64,000 bases of DNA, taken from NCBI GenBank assembly GCA_964486045.1, contig CAZALK010000004.1:32001-96000 (forward strand). Reading direction: 5' to 3'. A model generated the notes under the pieces. That model was not told the origin of the DNA. It searched no databases and worked only from the letters and a program-made list of their open reading frames with translations. The translations under genes and the position numbers were made by a program. Source of the stretch: an uncultured archaeon (GTDB taxonomy: Archaea; Asgardarchaeota; Lokiarchaeia; Sigyniarchaeales; SOKP01). How positions within the stretch are numbered: the first letter of the stretch is position 1; each line of letters opens with the position of its first letter. This document shows positions 20,763-31,850 of this stretch, in pieces.

Positions 20763-21091
20763 TTTATTGACTCATTTTATGGATTTGGTACAATCTTTTA
20801 CCAAGTAAAGAATATTGTACTTTTTTAAAAATCTTTTGTATTAATTCTTTAATTTAAGGTTTAAACACACAAAATCCTGAATTTTTAATAATTAGAACTA
20901 ATTATATTTTTCTTTTTTTGTTTGTAAAATACCACACAAATAATAGCTAAAATTGTTCCTGTAAATCCTAATATCCCGATAGTCCATTCGAATGGAAGAT
21001 CTTATTTAGAAGTGAAAATCGAAAATGAGATTAAAAAGTTGGTAATAATGATATTTTTATGCAGTAACTGTTAACAATTACCAGTTAATCT

Positions 21092-22138
21092 CTAAACTAA
21101 ATTTATCCTCAACCTATCTCTCGTATGAATTTTCAAACAACTCCTACAGACAATTTCTGTGATGTGGGGTGGAAAATATACTTTATATGATTTCCCACAT
21201 GAACAGTTTAATATTATTACAAATCTAGTATCATGGTCTCTTAATCGAAAGAATAGATCAATATATAGTGCAAAGACATCTATACCTCTATCAAGAAATA
21301 TCAACTTATGGTAGAATTTCCATAGATCTTCCTTAGGAATTGTCTTATCGTAGGAAAGTGTACCGTTATGTGTTCTGTCTCTTATCCTAACATTATCCTC
21401 ATCAACAGGGATGATCCCACAAGTGTCTTTATGTGAAGGAGCATTTCGAATATGTATTAATTCAATTAGGGTATCTTTGACTATATCTGGGGGAGTTCTA
21501 CTATTGTTATCTCTCAACTGATATATTAAAGATAAATTATTTCCATAGGTTTTACCTTCATGTTTACCCCATTCATCCCCTAAATGTTTACACCTTGATA
21601 AGAAAATAGCATAATGATTAATATAATTATCTTCAAAGGATTCAATTATATCGACAATATCTGATTCATCTGAATCAAATGCATCCATTAAACTTCTTTC
21701 TGAGTAAATTCTATTTAACCTTTTTATCTGGGCTTCATATGCAGCTTTATCTGACACAGGAGCCAATGTATGTAATAACGTGCAGAAATTACTTGGCAGA
21801 TTAGTTAGGTGCGGGCTTGTTCTAGATATAAGATAATCGAACCATCTACTAGCAAGTTGGAGGGTAGAATCTTTTAATATACCTACTTTATTTAAAATAA
21901 TATTAGTAAGGGCTTCTTTAATCAATCTGATAAATAAGAATTCCCAATCGTATAGTTTAGGTTCACTCTTGTTTAATACCGTCCATAATTTGTCTAATAA
22001 AGGATCTACATCAATCCAATAAAACATATCTTTAAAGCTATTTATTAATTCAGAAGCCCGTTCGTTAATGAAGTCTCTAATCTCATTAGGATCTAAGTTT
22101 TCCCACCAAATATTAAAAAGATTATTAAAATTAGACAT
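21092..22138 (-). CDS. Putative HEPN protein with C-terminal Zn finger
   Basis: IRNAPSH (RxxxxH); CSCG...CRSC. Confidence 0.55.
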   Translation of the reverse strand: MSNFNNLFNIWWENLDPNEIRDFINERASELINSFKDMFYWIDVDPLLDKLWTVLNKSEPKLYDWEFLFIRLIKEALTNIILNKVGILKDSTLQLASRWFDYLISRTSPHLTNLPSNFCTLLHTLAPVSDKAAYEAQIKRLNRIYSERSLMDAFDSDESDIVDIIESFEDNYINHYAIFLSRCKHLGDEWGKHEGKTYGNNLSLIYQLRDNNSRTPPDIVKDTLIELIHIRNAPSHKDTCGIIPVDEDNVRIRDRTHNGTLSYDKTIPKEDLWKFYHKLIFLDRGIDVFALYIDLFFRLRDHDTRFVIILNCSCGKSYKVYFPPHITEIVCRSCLKIHTRDRLRINLV

Positions 22139-22311
22139 AGTAGTATTTGGATTATTACTTTTTTCTAAATTGTTAATAATAATTAAGCAACAAATGTGCT
22201 TTAAATTTTACTATCTAATAAAAGAGTCTAACTTGTTTAATTTTTTCAAAGGAATTTTCATTGAATTCAGACTCTGAATTTACCTTTCCGTCCAAACATT
22301 TAAACAAGAAG

Positions 22312-22335
22312 TGCGTGAAAACTACGTTTCACGCA
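22312..22335. repeat. Second complete dyad site TGCGTGAAA-ACTACG-TTTCACGCA
   Basis: Perfect 9-bp inverted arms, different 6-bp spacer. Confidence 0.8.
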
Positions 22336-22379
22336 GAACTATACATTTAGTATAGAGTTTATACCATTTTTTACCAAAA

Positions 22380-22392
22380 TAACCGTTTCAGA
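22380..22392 (+). repeat. Array site TAACCG-TTTCAGA
   Basis: 11/13 match; a gene ends 5 bp to the right. Confidence 0.7.
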
Positions 22393-22396
22393 AAAA

Positions 22397-22969
22397 TTAA
22401 TGTCTCTTAAATTTTTTTGCTTTCTTTCGAATTTCTTCTAAACGTTTAGATTCTTTAAAACCTATATGCAATTTATGTCTTAAAAAACATAAACTAAACT
22501 TAAATCTGTTCTTTTTAAATCCTTCACAAATACTATTAGATTTGCGAGTACTAAACAATTGAATCCACATTCTTTTTGTGGATGGTTCTCTATTTTGAAA
22601 ATAAAAATCATCTTCAATTTTATAGTTAAATGGAAAACAGTGATACATAAGAGGATTATATGGGTGTATAGAGCATTTTCTATCTTTATAATAATAGCAT
22701 TGATAACTATTATTATCTTTTCCCTTCATTTCAATGCCAATAACTTGCCCTGTTTTTTCATATATATTCAAATTTAAACCAGATAAGTCAATTTTATTTT
22801 CTTTCATATAAAAGTAATCATAAATTGTCAGAGATCTCAAATTAGATGTACAACATGTGTTTTCACACATTTTACATTTAAAATTACAACTTTCTTCTAT
22901 GTTTTGGACAAATTCTCTAACTTTCTTATAATGTTCATAATCTTGTTCTTCAATCTCTTCTATTTTCAA
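22397..22969 (-). CDS. YkgJ-family cysteine-cluster protein
   Basis: CKMCENTCC...CYYY...CSIHPYNP. Confidence 0.7.
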   Translation of the reverse strand: MKIEEIEEQDYEHYKKVREFVQNIEESCNFKCKMCENTCCTSNLRSLTIYDYFYMKENKIDLSGLNLNIYEKTGQVIGIEMKGKDNNSYQCYYYKDRKCSIHPYNPLMYHCFPFNYKIEDDFYFQNREPSTKRMWIQLFSTRKSNSICEGFKKNRFKFSLCFLRHKLHIGFKESKRLEEIRKKAKKFKRH

Positions 22970-23084
22970 ATCATCTCTTATTTTTAATTATAAATAGTCT
23001 ATAGAATTATTATTCTTTATTTTAGAATTCTAAATGTGTTATAAAAATTTTTAGATTTTACTAAATTGATGCTAAATTTCAAGA

Positions 23085-23819
23085 TTAGGGGAAAATTTGT
23101 GATATATTGTTATCTAAAAAATTAGTATCAAACTCAGGCAATTTTTTTGCAACATTTTCTATGAACTTTAATATTTCTTTATGATCATCAGCTCTTCTAA
23201 TACTATTAAATTTGTCCAATTCCAAGTTCAGTTCTTTGAAGATCACTTCAGTATAAGAAGGATTTTTATTTAATATATCATATTTAACTGATTCAAGACC
23301 ATTTTCAATTTTACTTTTTAATCTTTCCCTCTCCTTAATTCTCAGGATATAATTTAAACTAGGAAAGAATTTTAAATAACCTTCCATTAACTGGTCAGTT
23401 TGAGCGTTGGGAGGAATTTTCATCATACCGGCTAAAATTTCTGTGAGATAATTCAGAAAGAGATTATAGAATTTATCATAAACAGCTATATTATAATCTA
23501 CAAAACAGTCAACTAATGAATTACAATAATTAAAAAGTAGCAAGAAGCGTTGATTTCTGCTTTTTTTTATGTTATCTGGGGGAATAGCAAAGTAATTATA
23601 TTTAGTTTTAAAACAAAGAAAAATGTGACCTAATTCATGCACTAGTTCATATTCAGGATGGTAAGTGTTGTATTCAATTTTCCAAATATCATTTTCTATT
23701 GAAATTGCGCTAGATCCATTTGATATTGGAATTAGTAATATTTTTTCCTTATGAAGATTTAATATCTTTTTAAATCTTTCAAATTTAGCATTCAAATCTG
23801 GAATTCGATGAACTGACAT
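23085..23819 (-). CDS. HExxH zinc-metallopeptidase-like protein
   Basis: LVHELGH. Confidence 0.55.
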   Translation of the reverse strand: MSVHRIPDLNAKFERFKKILNLHKEKILLIPISNGSSAISIENDIWKIEYNTYHPEYELVHELGHIFLCFKTKYNYFAIPPDNIKKSRNQRFLLLFNYCNSLVDCFVDYNIAVYDKFYNLFLNYLTEILAGMMKIPPNAQTDQLMEGYLKFFPSLNYILRIKERERLKSKIENGLESVKYDILNKNPSYTEVIFKELNLELDKFNSIRRADDHKEILKFIENVAKKLPEFDTNFLDNNISQIFP

Positions 23820-23876
23820 AGATATCTAGAATTTATTTTTATGGATTTATTAATTTTTCACAATCAGATTTCCAAT

Positions 23877-24020
23877 TTAGAAGCATTTTTTTTTTGAAAT
23901 TCCTTTAATTTTTTCAGCTAATACATTTAAATTTACTTCTTTAAGATTTTCAATTTTAACTATTGATTCCTCATAAAGTTTCTTTAACCTTCCCTCTCCT
24001 ATCCCTGAAATTTTATTCAT
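23877..24020 (-). pseudogene. Helix-hairpin-helix fragment
   Basis: KISGIGEGRLKKL...KIKGISKK, ending in an A10 run. Confidence 0.35.
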
Positions 24021-24141
24021 AATACTTTCTAAAGGTTACTATCTGAAATTCCTATTTTTTCTTTTCCTTCTTAATAGTCTCAAACTTTTATTTTCCATTA
24101 AACTAGCTCTCCAAACTTCTTTAATTTCATACATTTTAATT

Positions 24142-24214
24142 CGAATATTTCATGAAATTGTGATTAGACAAGTATAAACTTTATACTTTTTTTGTGCGAT
24201 ATAACCGTTTCACG
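24142..24214 (+). repeat. Degenerate site CGAATA-TTTCATG (24142-24154) and exact TAACCG-TTTCACG (24202-24214)
   Basis: Direct reading; left flank TGCGATA partly resembles the left arm. Confidence 0.75.
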
Positions 24215-24265
24215 AAATAATTAATCCTTTTAATCTATGATATTACAACTAATTTAGTAATAATT

Positions 24266-24835
24266 TTATATATTTAGTGTCTCTATTGGTCGACTCTTTG
24301 AAGCAGATTCCCAAGAAACATATTGAAAAAACCAGATAAATTCTTGATCTTTTGATTTAATTCCTGTTATTTCTTTTATGTTATCGGTAACTGGAGCTAA
24401 AAATATTTCTTCACTGTCTTTTAATACTGCAAAGTACTTTAAAGTCTGATTTAGTTGACGAAATTTAATATTACCAAGTTTAGTCATTAGTTTTATTATG
24501 TGATTAAAATCCTCTGTATTATTATAGTATGTTATAAAAAATCTAGCATTTTTAATAGTAAATGATAAATCCGAAATTACCTTTAATAACTCTGGAATAA
24601 TCATTGGCATAATTAGAATAACTGAAAATTTAGTCTTTGATAAAATATTTGCAATGCAATCCAATACATCTTCTATCCCCTCATATATCTCTATAGAACC
24701 CGTTACTTTCGGAAGAATTCTATTCAACATGAGTGCATAATTATCCCCAAGATGTTGTTTTAAATCAAGTGATCTACTTCTTTCCACAAAGAAATCAATG
24801 ATTTTCTTAATTAAAATAATGTTAGCTTCTTTCAT
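24266..24835 (-). CDS. Hypothetical protein (TrmB-effector/PLD-like fold possible)
   Basis: IEIYEGIEDV...SVILIMP...AVLKDSEEIFLAP pattern. Confidence 0.45.
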   Translation of the reverse strand: MKEANIILIKKIIDFFVERSRSLDLKQHLGDNYALMLNRILPKVTGSIEIYEGIEDVLDCIANILSKTKFSVILIMPMIIPELLKVISDLSFTIKNARFFITYYNNTEDFNHIIKLMTKLGNIKFRQLNQTLKYFAVLKDSEEIFLAPVTDNIKEITGIKSKDQEFIWFFQYVSWESASKSRPIETLNI

Positions 24836-24937
24836 TTTTTAGTTTACAAGATTTTCACGAAGTTGAATAATTTACGATTATTATTTGAATTTAAATTTAC
24901 TCGGTCTCTTTTTTAGAATAATATTCCCTGGAGTAGA

Positions 24938-27259
24938 TTAGCTTATTAGGCTTGGTAGTTCAATAAATTTAATTTTGTTATTATCAATATCTTCTCTTAG
25001 ATTTAGAAGAATTTCATCTTTACTAGTAAAATATAATACTTGCCAACCAAGTTGACATATTTTTTTTAGCATTTCAATTTGCCGTTTTAGTCTTTCTGAA
25101 TCTGCTTTTACAAAAGGATCGTCTAAAATAAAGAATCCAGTTTTATCTTGAAGAACCTGTTCACCCAAAGCAAGTCGAATAGTAAAATACAGTTGATCAT
25201 ATGTACCTCCAGAAATTTGTCCGACATCAAAAATTTGATCATCTTTCCGTATCACTTTAATTTTTCCAGATTCCATCTCAAAAATAACATTTTTATAAAC
25301 TCCATTTGTGACTTCCCTGAAATATTCAGAAACATTACTTTTCTTACTTAAAAGTTTTGAAATTTTTTCTTTTTCTTGAGTTTTTATATCAGAAAAAAAA
25401 TTGATTATATCAAGTATAAGATCTCTTTTATTGTAGTTTTGAACCAAAAATTCACTTAATTTCTCTTGTATTTTTTCTAAGTCATTCGAAGTTGTACAAA
25501 AAATGTAATCTTCTTCAGGCTCTAAAATACTATTAACTCGTCTCTCAATATCGTTTAGTTCTCTTCTCAGTTCAGTCATTATGTTATTTAGCGTGGCTAA
25601 ATTCTCTTGTATTTTACTTTTTTTCTCTCTTAAATCATTAATTATCTCCTCCTTATATGTCAGCCCAAGTCCTTTGGATTCGTATTTTTCTAAATTTTTT
25701 AATTCAAGAGTCCAATAGGATATAAGATCTTCAACTGATTCGCCTGCATAGCTAAATAAATTTCTTAAAATCTTTCTTTGAGTAGTTAAATTCGTCTCAT
25801 TTTCCTGTTTTACTATTAATTTTTCCTCATATTCTTGAATTGTCCTAACCATTGATTTCTTTCTTAAATCTAAAATTTTATTTTTAAGACTATCAATCTT
25901 TACTTCAATCTCAGGAATTTCTTCGTCTCTCATGTCTTTTATCTTTTCTTCTAATTTTTCTGTAGATTTCCTTAAATTATCTAATTCAGTTTTTTTAATA
26001 ACGTAATTATTTTCAAATTGCTGGATGTTTGAATAAACTTCTTTAAATCCCTTACTTGGTAATCCAATCTTTATAAGTTTGAGATTTAATCTTTCAATAA
26101 AACCCTCAAGAAAAGCCTTATTTTTAATATATATCAATTTATAGACTACTGTGCCTAAAGTTAGAATGGAGAATAACACAGCAAGAATGTAACCTAATAA
26201 TAGTGACGCTATCATCCCTCCTAACAAAGAAATTCCTAATAAAAAGGAAGATATAATTAAAATGAAAGTAAAAAATTTACTTCTTTCTGCTTGTCCGGCA
26301 ATTTCACCTCTTTTTATTTCATATGTTTTTAATTCTGGTTTAATGTCATCTTCTAAGATTTTATTCTCTCTATCAGGAATCTGAAAATCTAATTCTTTTT
26401 TCTTGAGTAATTGATTCTCTTCAATTAAATTCTTTTTGTATTCATCAAGACTAACCAATAACTTTTGTCGATTTTCGGAGTTTCGATTAAGATCCTTTTC
26501 ATAATCTTTCCAATTTTCTTTATCACTCTCACCAAAAATCATCAAATTTTTGATTTTCCTGGCACTTTCATTTAATTCATTTAATGCTTCATTCCCTTTT
26601 TCATAGATTTCTCGTCTTCTCGCGTCCTCATAATTTTCAATCTCCTGTTCTATTTTTTCTAATTTTTCTTCAAATAGTAATGATTCCTCTTCTAATTTAT
26701 CAAATTGTTCGTTTTCAATTTTATCAGATAATTGTTTGATGAGTTGTATACAGTTATCTGCATTATTTATTCTTTCATCAAATTTTTCCGGTTTTGTGTT
26801 TCTAAATTTGCCAGTAGGGGTTAACTTTCCTATATCTCTTAAATTATTTACAATTAGCTCAACATCTTTTATCCGTAGACCTAACAATCGGTCAGTAACA
26901 GTATTATAGAAATCATCCTCACTAAATAAGGTCAAATCACTATCTCTAATTATAAAAAGGTTGTTGAATTCGTTATAAGATAAGTCCACTATATTACTTA
27001 TATTTTTTGGACCCTTTAACTTAACTTCCCTACCTTTTTCATCAGAAATGATAATATAACCTTCTGGTTTTTCTTCAACACGGTTAATATTTTTAAACTG
27101 AGAAATATTCCTCCCATTCAAAATTTTTAATAGGGCATCAATTGTTAATGTTTTTCCACTTTCATTTTTACCATAAAACAAATTAAATTTATCTAGAGGA
27201 GTTCGCCCTCTATCAGGCAAAGGTCCGTATTCTCTTATTGAAAATTCTTTTATTTTCAT
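24938..27259 (-). CDS. YhaN/Rad50-like SMC ATPase with internal TM hairpin
   Basis: GKNESGKT, coiled coils, ISGGTYDQ, ILDDPF. Confidence 0.85.
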   Translation of the reverse strand: MKIKEFSIREYGPLPDRGRTPLDKFNLFYGKNESGKTLTIDALLKILNGRNISQFKNINRVEEKPEGYIIISDEKGREVKLKGPKNISNIVDLSYNEFNNLFIIRDSDLTLFSEDDFYNTVTDRLLGLRIKDVELIVNNLRDIGKLTPTGKFRNTKPEKFDERINNADNCIQLIKQLSDKIENEQFDKLEEESLLFEEKLEKIEQEIENYEDARRREIYEKGNEALNELNESARKIKNLMIFGESDKENWKDYEKDLNRNSENRQKLLVSLDEYKKNLIEENQLLKKKELDFQIPDRENKILEDDIKPELKTYEIKRGEIAGQAERSKFFTFILIISSFLLGISLLGGMIASLLLGYILAVLFSILTLGTVVYKLIYIKNKAFLEGFIERLNLKLIKIGLPSKGFKEVYSNIQQFENNYVIKKTELDNLRKSTEKLEEKIKDMRDEEIPEIEVKIDSLKNKILDLRKKSMVRTIQEYEEKLIVKQENETNLTTQRKILRNLFSYAGESVEDLISYWTLELKNLEKYESKGLGLTYKEEIINDLREKKSKIQENLATLNNIMTELRRELNDIERRVNSILEPEEDYIFCTTSNDLEKIQEKLSEFLVQNYNKRDLILDIINFFSDIKTQEKEKISKLLSKKSNVSEYFREVTNGVYKNVIFEMESGKIKVIRKDDQIFDVGQISGGTYDQLYFTIRLALGEQVLQDKTGFFILDDPFVKADSERLKRQIEMLKKICQLGWQVLYFTSKDEILLNLREDIDNNKIKFIELPSLIS

Positions 27260-28320
27260 AATTTTATCCCCATCATACTTTTAATAACAAGATTTTTCAT
27301 CTCATCCTTTATCTTTTCATCATATTCAGTAGCATCTAATTTCTTCAAAAATTTTCTAAATAGCTCATCCTCTAGAATGATACTAATATCCCGAAAATCA
27401 TAATCTATTACTTCGCATTTATCCGCTACACTGTTATTAATTTGATCAACGAGTTCCTCTTCACTAATACCTAATACATTGTTATCTAAATATCCACCAA
27501 TCTTTAAAATTACACGCGCTTGCGGGTGAAGATTTAGAAAAGATTTTTTAACTACATCTAAGGGATCTGTTTCTGTAAATGGATTAAAATCAATATGTAT
27601 TTCCTCAAAATGAGGTGTATTCAGTGGAAATTCTTGGGGAGGTTTTCCTACTTCAAATAAATTCACTTTTCTAATGCCAAGCTCCTTTCTAGTTATTGAA
27701 ATTGGTGAACTAGGATAAACAAAGAATTGCTGTTCACCAAATTGCCAAACTTCATATCTTGAGTGAAAATGACCCGCAAGTATATAATTAATATTTAAAT
27801 CTTGAAAGTAGGACAATTTAACTGGCATATATCTTTCCTCACCCTCTTCCCCGAAATCCTTTCTAGAAAAAAAAGCGTCTAGCAATTCACCATGGTAGAG
27901 TAAAATATTTGTTTTATCCTCTGTCAGGTTACTTCTTATGATGTGAAGCTTTTCAAGTACTTCTTTTTCACTAAGTGACTCATAGGGTATTCCCCATATT
28001 CTTACGGTATCGTACTCGAACGGTACTGTTATCTCATTCAGGATTGTTACACCTTCACCGTAGTAAAGACCACTTCTATATGCACCACTATCGTGATTTC
28101 CTGGTAAAATAACAATATTGAAACCACAATCTGAGAAAATTTTCCTCAAATTTGGTCTTAAATCTTCCCCAACATTTTCTTTATCGAACAGATCTCCGCT
28201 GATTGTAAATACATCTATTTCTTGTTCTTTTCCAATTTCAAGTAGATTAACAAGAGCATCCCATCTTTCATCTTGAAAAGATTGTAAATGAATATCTGAA
28301 GTATGAAGGATTTTCATCAT
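27256..28320 (-). CDS. YhaO/Mre11/SbcD-like metallophosphoesterase nuclease
   Basis: SDIH, GDLFD, GNHD, GHFH; 4-bp overlap with the SMC ATPase. Confidence 0.9.
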   Translation of the reverse strand: MMKILHTSDIHLQSFQDERWDALVNLLEIGKEQEIDVFTISGDLFDKENVGEDLRPNLRKIFSDCGFNIVILPGNHDSGAYRSGLYYGEGVTILNEITVPFEYDTVRIWGIPYESLSEKEVLEKLHIIRSNLTEDKTNILLYHGELLDAFFSRKDFGEEGEERYMPVKLSYFQDLNINYILAGHFHSRYEVWQFGEQQFFVYPSSPISITRKELGIRKVNLFEVGKPPQEFPLNTPHFEEIHIDFNPFTETDPLDVVKKSFLNLHPQARVILKIGGYLDNNVLGISEEELVDQINNSVADKCEVIDYDFRDISIILEDELFRKFLKKLDATEYDEKIKDEMKNLVIKSMMGIKL

Positions 28321-28503
28321 ATAGCCTTAAGTTTAATTTTAATATATAATACTTTTTTGTCAATTAGATTTCAACGATAAATTATTTAAATATTTTGATA
28401 AACTGTGAAATTATCCGTTATTTATTGTTGTATTTAACCAAATTCTTTTCATATATTTGGCTTAAAAAAATCTAATAAATTTTTACAACAAGAATACTTA
28501 TGA

Positions 28504-28654
28504 CGGTTATTTCACGAAACCCTTGAATTTTTAGGCATTAAAAACTCTCTTCTAAAGACTTGTCCTAACTTTCATTATTTATTATTAAGAAATCTCATAT
28601 TTTACTATGACTATAATGAAGAATTATTATTTTTAATTCAGTAACCATTTCCCG
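28504..28654 (+). repeat. CGGTTA-TTTCACG (28504-28516), linker, TAACCA-TTTCCCG (28642-28654)
   Basis: Exact and degenerate copies 138 bp apart. Confidence 0.75.
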
Positions 28655-28713
28655 TAGAAAAATTCAAGGTTGATAAGATTAAATGTAATTATCATATTAA
28701 TAAAAAATCAAAA

Positions 28714-29352
28714 TTACCTTCCAGAATGGTAAGTACACAATCTAGGACGACCAAAATTATCTCTCCACTTTTTTTCAATTAAATCCAAATATGAAACAGA
28801 TTTTAACCCAGCAATATAAAATACTTTAAAAATATATTTGCTATGTTTTGCATTAAAATTCTCGTCAAATACATTTATTCCATTCCTAAAATAAAAATTT
28901 TCAAAATCATTTAATTTTACAAAGCTTTTCTCTTCGATTGATAAATTTAGTTGAAGCAATTGTTCTTTAGTTCTTATTTGTTTGCCATGTAGGTAAGGTA
29001 CTTTAGTGTTTTTTATTGTAGACATAGCTCGTTTTCTATGAGATCCTTCATATTTTATCGGTAGGATATCGATACTAATCGCAGACCAGCCGGGATCCTG
29101 TTTATTTATTAAAAGATGGTATTTAATCCTACTCTGAATATCATCTTTAGCTATTCCATTATATATAATATCAAAATCTCCTATTTTTTCTGGTAACTCA
29201 CGTCTATGAAATGTATAGTTTATCGGTTCATTTGTTAGAAACCAATAGCATCCACCAGTTTTAGGAATTTTTTCAAAATCCTTTACAGATTTTAATTCAA
29301 TATTTTCAACATTATCTAAAGTTTTATTTGGGATTTTTATATGTTTTTCCAA
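28714..29352 (-). CDS. GIY-YIG-like nuclease
   Basis: GGCYWF...IIYNGIA...SRIKYH. Confidence 0.5.
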   Translation of the reverse strand: MEKHIKIPNKTLDNVENIELKSVKDFEKIPKTGGCYWFLTNEPINYTFHRRELPEKIGDFDIIYNGIAKDDIQSRIKYHLLINKQDPGWSAISIDILPIKYEGSHRKRAMSTIKNTKVPYLHGKQIRTKEQLLQLNLSIEEKSFVKLNDFENFYFRNGINVFDENFNAKHSKYIFKVFYIAGLKSVSYLDLIEKKWRDNFGRPRLCTYHSGR

Positions 29353-29574
29353 CTCAATTACTTTGTTGTCCTCGTTAATCCAAATATTTTGATTGTTTAT
29401 TTTCTTTTGTAATAATTTTTCTCTAAATTAAATATATTCGAGGTATCCCAATATTTAAATTTAGACTTTAAAGTTGAAATTTAATTTCACTTCATTTCTT
29501 TTAAAATAATATTTTATTATGACAATATGAGAATAATATTTTGATTTATTAGCTAATTTTAATGGGTCATATAT

Positions 29575-30204
29575 ATGAAATTGAAAATAAAGGGTGAAAT
29601 TATCAAAAAATTAATTAATTATTCAGAAAAATCGTTTCCAAAGTATTCTTCTCAAATATTAAATTTGGCCAATAAAAATTCTCAAGCTACAAGACCTAAA
29701 AATGTTGGCCAAATGTCTGAACTAATAAAACAATTTAGAAATTCAAATCCTCATGGCTCATTATCTGATTGGGAATCTTGGTATAAATCGAGAAACTTAG
29801 GAAAAATAAAAATAGCGACTAATAAAATTTCTAAGATGGTAAAAAATTTAAAAAATTCCATTGAAAACATTACAGATGAATTAATCGAAGTATGGGTTGA
29901 AGATTTAATTATAGATAAAACTTACTAAGGTTTAAATTTCCAAGATTCTATACTGGAGTTTCTCTCACAAACATTCAATATCGTATATAAACAATCAGAC
30001 CCTACAGAAGAATCTCAAGGGATTGATGGATATTTAAATGAATATCCAATTTCTATTAAACCAATTACTTATAAACAAAAAATTGTATCAAAGCAAGAAA
30101 AAATCGATGTGGAAATCATTTACTATATAAAGAAGGAAAGGAGTAAGGATATAGAAATTGAAGTAAGTGAAAATTTTATAAACAGAATTAGGAATCAGCA
30201 TTAA
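29575..30204 (+). pseudogene. MjaI-family restriction endonuclease with in-frame TAA at 29926-29928
   Basis: QATRPKNVGQMSELI; frame continues after the stop with ESQGIDGY...SIKPITY to 30204. Confidence 0.8.
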
Positions 30205-31510
30205 GATAAGATAGAATATCTTTACTTTTTCTTATAGAGTCCCCATATCTGATTGTTTTAGCATTTTTAAAAAAATTTGAAATCTGAAATTCCTTAAAAA
30301 TTATTTGGTCATACGATATAATTTGAAGTGCTTTTGATGATCCCATATATTCAAGAAAATTCTTTATTAAATCCCTAAATTCATTTTTATTTGAAAAATT
30401 TGAATTTATTATAATTATATAGTTTATGTAGTGATTCCACTTATCTTTTTCAACTAAATAATTTTGCGTAGGATTTTCTTTAATTTTGGATTTTAGTTCT
30501 TTTATTATCTTTTCCTCATTAAATTCTTTGATTTCGATTAATAAATAATCTAATATTATTTGATAATTTTTCTCATTTTCTAATATTATGATTCCTTTCT
30601 GTTTTTGATTTTCAAATTTAATTTTTAATCCTTCTTTTTTAGATTTTTGAAAAATTACATATAACATTAACTGGTAATCTCTAAAGTAGCCTATTCTACC
30701 TTGTTTTATTTTATCCTCGATAATTTTTTCAAAATCTTTATTGATTTCATAACCAACCCCATTTCGACAGAGAGATTTTGCTACTTTCAGCGTTGTTCCT
30801 GATCCTAAGAAGGGATCTAGTATTTTATCGCCAATAAAAGAAAACATCCTTATTAACCTATAAGGTAATTCTTCAGGAAACATAGCAATATGCTCTTTTT
30901 GGATTATTCCTGGAAATCTCCAATGACCCACAAACCACTTTTTCCATTCGGTTAATGATATTTTTGATAATTCTTTTATTTGACGTTCAACTTTCCTCGC
31001 TTTACCATTATGTTTTTTAAAGATCAATATATGTTCATAATCAAAAGTCAATAGCCCATTCCTTGGATAATAAATAGAGCCCATCAAAGAACAACCACCT
31101 GTAGTGTTAGTAGTACTTACTTTTTGCCAAATTATATCTCCTAAAAAGTCAAATCCTAATTCCAAACAATCATTTATGATTTGGCTTGCTATAGATAATA
31201 TTCTATACCGTCTATATTCTTTAGTCCGAAGATATTGATCCCCAATATTTATTATTATTCTACACTGTGGTTCAAGAACTCGATAACATTCAGTCCAGAC
31301 TTGCTTTAATCTCTCAAAATATTTTTTAAAAGAATCTGAGAACCCTATTTGTTCTTGTGAACCATAATCCTTTATTCTTCCGTATGGAGGTGAAGTTATT
31401 ACCAATTGAACTGTCGCATCATCAATTTCTTCCATATTTTCAGAAGATTTGAAATAAATTCTTGGTTCTTCTACATTTAACAATTCTTTTTCCTCATAAG
31501 AATAGTACAT
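30188..31510 (-). CDS. Beta-class N4-C/N6-A DNA methyltransferase
   Basis: TSPPY...HIAMFP...DPFLGSGTT. Confidence 0.9.
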   Translation of the reverse strand: MYYSYEEKELLNVEEPRIYFKSSENMEEIDDATVQLVITSPPYGRIKDYGSQEQIGFSDSFKKYFERLKQVWTECYRVLEPQCRIIINIGDQYLRTKEYRRYRILSIASQIINDCLELGFDFLGDIIWQKVSTTNTTGGCSLMGSIYYPRNGLLTFDYEHILIFKKHNGKARKVERQIKELSKISLTEWKKWFVGHWRFPGIIQKEHIAMFPEELPYRLIRMFSFIGDKILDPFLGSGTTLKVAKSLCRNGVGYEINKDFEKIIEDKIKQGRIGYFRDYQLMLYVIFQKSKKEGLKIKFENQKQKGIIILENEKNYQIILDYLLIEIKEFNEEKIIKELKSKIKENPTQNYLVEKDKWNHYINYIIIINSNFSNKNEFRDLIKNFLEYMGSSKALQIISYDQIIFKEFQISNFFKNAKTIRYGDSIRKSKDILSYLNADS

Positions 31511-31765
31511 TGAATAAATTTACATATTATTATTATTATTTATAATTATTAAAAGAAAAATAACAAAGGATTTTTTAATTCCTATTATTTTGTCATTTTC
31601 TGTTAACTTTAAATAGAATTATTACATATTAAAAAAAAAACTGGGCACATATTTATCAATTTAATGATATAGGTTGCCCCTTTAAAATCCGGATCTTCTA
31701 CAAAATGTAAGCTTTTCTTTAAAATCTTTCTTAACCAAGTCAATTATTTGTTTGAGCTCATACTC

Positions 31766-31850
31766 CGGTTATTTCACATATCTTTACTAAAACTAATCTA
31801 ACATTTATTATATCCAGAATCTTAATGGTCTATAAATCAATTTAAAAAAG
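31766..31850 (+). repeat. Array site CGGTTA-TTTCACA plus linker homologous to 17912-17990
   Basis: 12/13 match; downstream AAAACTAWTCTAA...TTAATGGTC...AATCAATTTA shared. Confidence 0.75.
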
